The position numbers were made by a program, and so were the translations under genes. Shown in pieces: positions 60,201 to 64,000 of a stretch of 64,000 nt of DNA. The stretch is taken from the NCBI RefSeq assembly GCF_963921235.1, contig NC_086108.1, positions 72,480,001 to 72,544,000 of the forward strand. Direction: 5' to 3'. The notes under the pieces are model-generated. The model was not told the origin of the DNA. It made no database searches and saw only the letters and a list, made by a program, of their open reading frames with translations. This DNA is from Mobula hypostoma (lineage: Eukaryota). The first letter of the stretch is position 1, and the number at the start of each line of letters is the position of its first letter.

Positions 60201-62439
60201 TACGTGTCAACTTTTTAAATTAACATACTGTACTTCTTTAAATAAAACGTAGAGACTTGCTGCGATGTCACACTACGTATAGCATGGCTGATTGGAGACC
60301 TAATTCATAAAGAAACTGCCATAGCAACCATAGAGCAAGATTAAATCAATAACATTTTTTAATTTAGAAAATCCCCTATTAATGTTTAACATAAATCAGG
60401 AAACAGCTGGAAGTTAAGCTAAACGTTTGAGTTTTAATGATATTGCTTTAGCTCATGTCACCCGGCTGAGCATCGGTAAATTTAAGAAAAAAGTGCTGAG
60501 AGCAGCAAAAGCAACAGTAGGAGAGATCTGTGATGGAAAATATTTTTTTTTCAAAGGAGCAGCAATTTTTGGCGGCTTTCCATGGCAAGGGATAAAGGCT
60601 CCTATTTGAATCCCTGTTAGCATATGTTTGCGTGCTCGGCCTGCTTTAATTTGCTGCTGAAAGCCAGTTGAGATTTGTTTCCACTGAAACTGATAGTGAC
60701 TGGGTGTCCTTGGCACAGCAGGGCAGCAAATACTGGCATGAATATTTAGAAAGCATATCACCCAGTGGAGTGTGAGAAAGAAGCTTTCCTGGCAGAAGGC
60801 AGCTGAGAAGAGAAATAAGGCCAAGATTATCACTTGTATGTTTTGACCACGAGATAAGTTTGTGAAAGATAGCTTTATCAAATATAAACTTTGTGTCAAG
60901 ATTTTAATGTAGACAAAATGGCAGATAATTTTTTCCCATTAACCAGCACACAGATTTTAAAATATCTGGGAAATTCTAAGCCTGTCTAAATACTGTGATA
61001 TAATTTATACATTTTTCTATCATTGGTTTGTATCTTCACAGAATATTCGTACATTTTTCTCATCTGTTTTTTTGTCTTGTGCCTGGATACACGTTGAAGG
61101 ACTCACATTGTGGACACTTATCCAGATTATTAATATTTATTGATCCATCCCTCTCTATTAAATGCCGCTGCCATCTCCGGATCTTTTGTAGTGTACGCAC
61201 ACTTACATGTTAAATATAATCCTAATACTTGACAAGTATGAAAAAGAAGAATTGAGCAATTTTTCTTTTGTTAAAATGACTATGAAAGTAGACATGGCTA
61301 AGCTGAAAATGTAATACACAGAATGTTGGGGTAACTCAGCAGGCTAGGAAATGTATCCTCTTTTTACTCAAGTCAGCACTATCCAGTGCTAGAGGAGAAG
61401 AGAGAGTCTGCTCTGCACAAAAACTAATCCGGAGCAGATGGTTCATTTCATGACAGCCTTCTGGGCCGATATTATTAATGGTACTAGGTTCTATTAGCTT
61501 GTCTTCTTTGTACACTGGAGTTGATTTAGAGTGCACTGCAAGAGATCGCTGACCTCTCACCTGTCAAACATGGTATCACCACTGTGGAAGATCCTTCCCA
61601 AGTTATTGTTCAGCAGAAATATGCACAAACTGTATCTTAAAATATGAAGTATAGTAATGATAAATGAAACATAGTAACTAATGAAAGGAGCAATGTTAAA
61701 TATGTACTGTAAACCAATGGTCTCCAAAAGTTCAGTATACCCTGAAACAATCGTCCCAAAGTTCTGATGGAAAACTGCGTGACGTGGCATTAGTAATTGC
61801 TGGGAAGTTGATTGTTTGACTGGTGTCCCATGTTATGTGCAGGATGACTATAAAGCAATGGTGTTGGATTATAATACCTTCACAGTTCTGTAAATATACA
61901 CAGTATTCTCAATTTTAAAATATCTGAATAAATAGGATGTGGGCTAGAAATGTTCACACATCTCTGTGGGGACAAAAGCAACATTGTGCAGTTAAGTTAA
62001 AAATTAGCTTGACCAGGTGTAGAACAATTTTACACTCATTTCTATGTGTTCTAGTATTTATCAAGAATCCATCTGCTCGTTGATTGAGATTTCGGTTGCC
62101 CCAAATGTTTTTTTACCCCAGAGAGATGGTCCCCAAAAGATACCACCTGTACTGCAAAACACAACATATATAGACAGTGAGCTTTTCAACTCCATTGGCC
62201 TGAGAAGCATCTGTTTTTATTTACTCCCAGAACAACCGGATTTTACTAGTCCTATTTCCCCTGAAAGCACTCAAACTGCTTTATGTAGCTGCAGAGATCT
62301 TTAAACTCTTATGATTTAAATAACAGCCTCGTGTGTGCCGTAACTGTTTAATACCCTCTGAATCATGTCAGGGTATACTATTGACCTTTGCTACATTTCA
62401 CAACTAACTGTTTACTGCTGCAATAGGGAGACATCCAAC

Positions 62440-62775
62440 CTCCACGGGCAGTAAAGCGTTTAGCTGAATAACCTTGCAGCGCCAACGATCAGCGATCAGG
62501 GTACAATTCCTGCTATTGTCTGTAAGGAGTTTGAATGTGCTCTCTGGGGCCATGTGGCTTTCCTCCACATGCTCTGCTTCCCTCCCACATTCCAAAGGCG
62601 TAGGGTTAAGGTTGGTGAACTGTGGGTATGCTACGTTGACGTCAGAAATGTGGCGACACTTGCATCGTCCTAAGACTATGTTGGTCGTTGACACAAAATG
62701 CTGCAGTTTACTATGTGTGTTAATGTTTCAATATACACGTGAAAAAAAAAAGCCTTTTATTGATAAAATTAACCT
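62440..62775 (+). mobile_element. V-SINE-type element
   Basis: 'tctgtaaggagtttgaatgtgctctc...tttcctccacatgctctgcttccctcccacattccaaaggcgta'. Confidence 0.7.
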
Positions 62776-64000
62776 CTCTGTCTCCAAACTCTATACTTAA
62801 GGAGAGGAGATCTCACCTCCTATTCCTTGAGGTGTGGTCAGAACTGGCATAGATATTTTCCAGCATTGCAGGTCTCCTTTATGTGCAGGCTCTTGGCTGA
62901 CACTCCAGCATTGGTTCACATGGGTTTTGCACTATTGTGACATTCAAAAAATAACTAGAAGTAGAAAGGAGAAATACTACAGTGCTCCTTAGAGAAGGTC
63001 AAAAAGTGAGACTAACTAGTTACCCTTACATAGTGCTGGTAGAGACTTTATAGGCTAAGTGGATTGTCTTGCAACTGTAACCTTTCTATTAAGTCCTCTG
63101 CACTTTCAGATAGCTAAAATTCTATGAATAATCTCTGCTGTCACATCTAATATTTACCCACAGTCAACATCACAAAGTCCAGTCACGACGCTCTGCAAAA
63201 ATTGTCTACATGACAACCATGGCAATGCTCCAAAACTACTTCATTGGCTGTAGAGTGCTTTGGGCCAACCTTGAGGTGCCTTTCCTTTATCCTTCACAAA
63301 TCTCAAGTCTGGAACAGAATATAGGATGAATCTTTACTGGGTCCTCTCCTGTCAGTTGCAATCTTTTATGTAACGGAAGTTCCCCTCTACCTTTTTTCCA
63401 GATTTAGACCAATAGAGGAGATGAGCTGCCTCTGTTGCTGTGTGGTATCTGCTGGTTTCTTTGTCCTTCTAGAAAATCATACTAATTTATTTGGTGTTGG
63501 AACTGTTGTGGCACCACTGTGTGGATATTACAAGCATTGCACATATTTTATTACTAAATTGTAATGCAGTCACAGTTTTTGTACAAATAGCATTATGGGC
63601 ATTGTTGCATCACCATATTGTAAAACTTCAGGTTTGTATCATAATTATTTAATGCCAGTATTCTGTAAAAATGGATAACCAATTATGCTGTAGTATAATA
63701 TCCCGGGGTTGCCCCATTGGCTAATAAATCTGGATAATTTCTAGTGTCCATTCCTGCCTTATGCTATGTTAGCCAATCTTATTTTGAGGAATGGGATAGG
63801 GGGCAGAGGTGGTGCTGTGCTTGAAGAACGATTGGCTAAGAGGAAAAATTATTGTTGCTTCCATTCCTGCTCCCTCCCAGTGACCCCTTCTTGAACTGAA
63901 TTGTTGACTGAAATGCCAGCTACTCTCAGTGAAAGCTAATACAGGATGAACAACCAATTCAGCGAAGTAGGCAGTCAGTGCAGAGCACCCATTCAACAAC

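Noticed and set aside
63140..63290. AmnSINE/Deu-type 3' tail relic (similar traces near 9870 and 47570)
   Set aside because: Too degraded to assign boundaries or family by eye

Overview
AT-rich, repeat-dense vertebrate non-coding DNA, either a large intron or a gene desert. The repeat families resemble those I recall from cartilaginous fish, most likely a batoid ray; this is an inference from recollection, not a search. I found no intact host protein-coding exon, RNA gene or CRISPR array, and nearly all longer ORFs in the track are decayed transposon pieces. Content: CR1, Rex1/Babar, L1, R4/Rex6-like and RTE-derived retroelements; Penelope-like elements (PLEs); Gypsy-like LTR relics; hAT (Charlie/Buster and Tip100-like) and Tc1 DNA-transposon derivatives; V-SINE and tRNA-SINEs; and several repeat-free, motif-rich blocks that may be conserved enhancers. 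Four features stand out. (1) A decayed, intronless RBM25 retrocopy is fused directly to a Gypsy pol C-terminus, 3'UTR, PPT and LTR, with a matching LTR fragment upstream, suggesting LTR-mediated capture of a host mRNA. (2) PLE terminal repeats carry a minimal type I hammerhead ribozyme; one copy has an intact core, and three TSD-flanked insertions share the same asymmetric inverted-arm architecture. (3) An L1 has textbook twin-priming 5'-inversion geometry. (4) There are deep multi-level transposon nests. Repeat boundaries are approximate unless a TSD or TIR is quoted.
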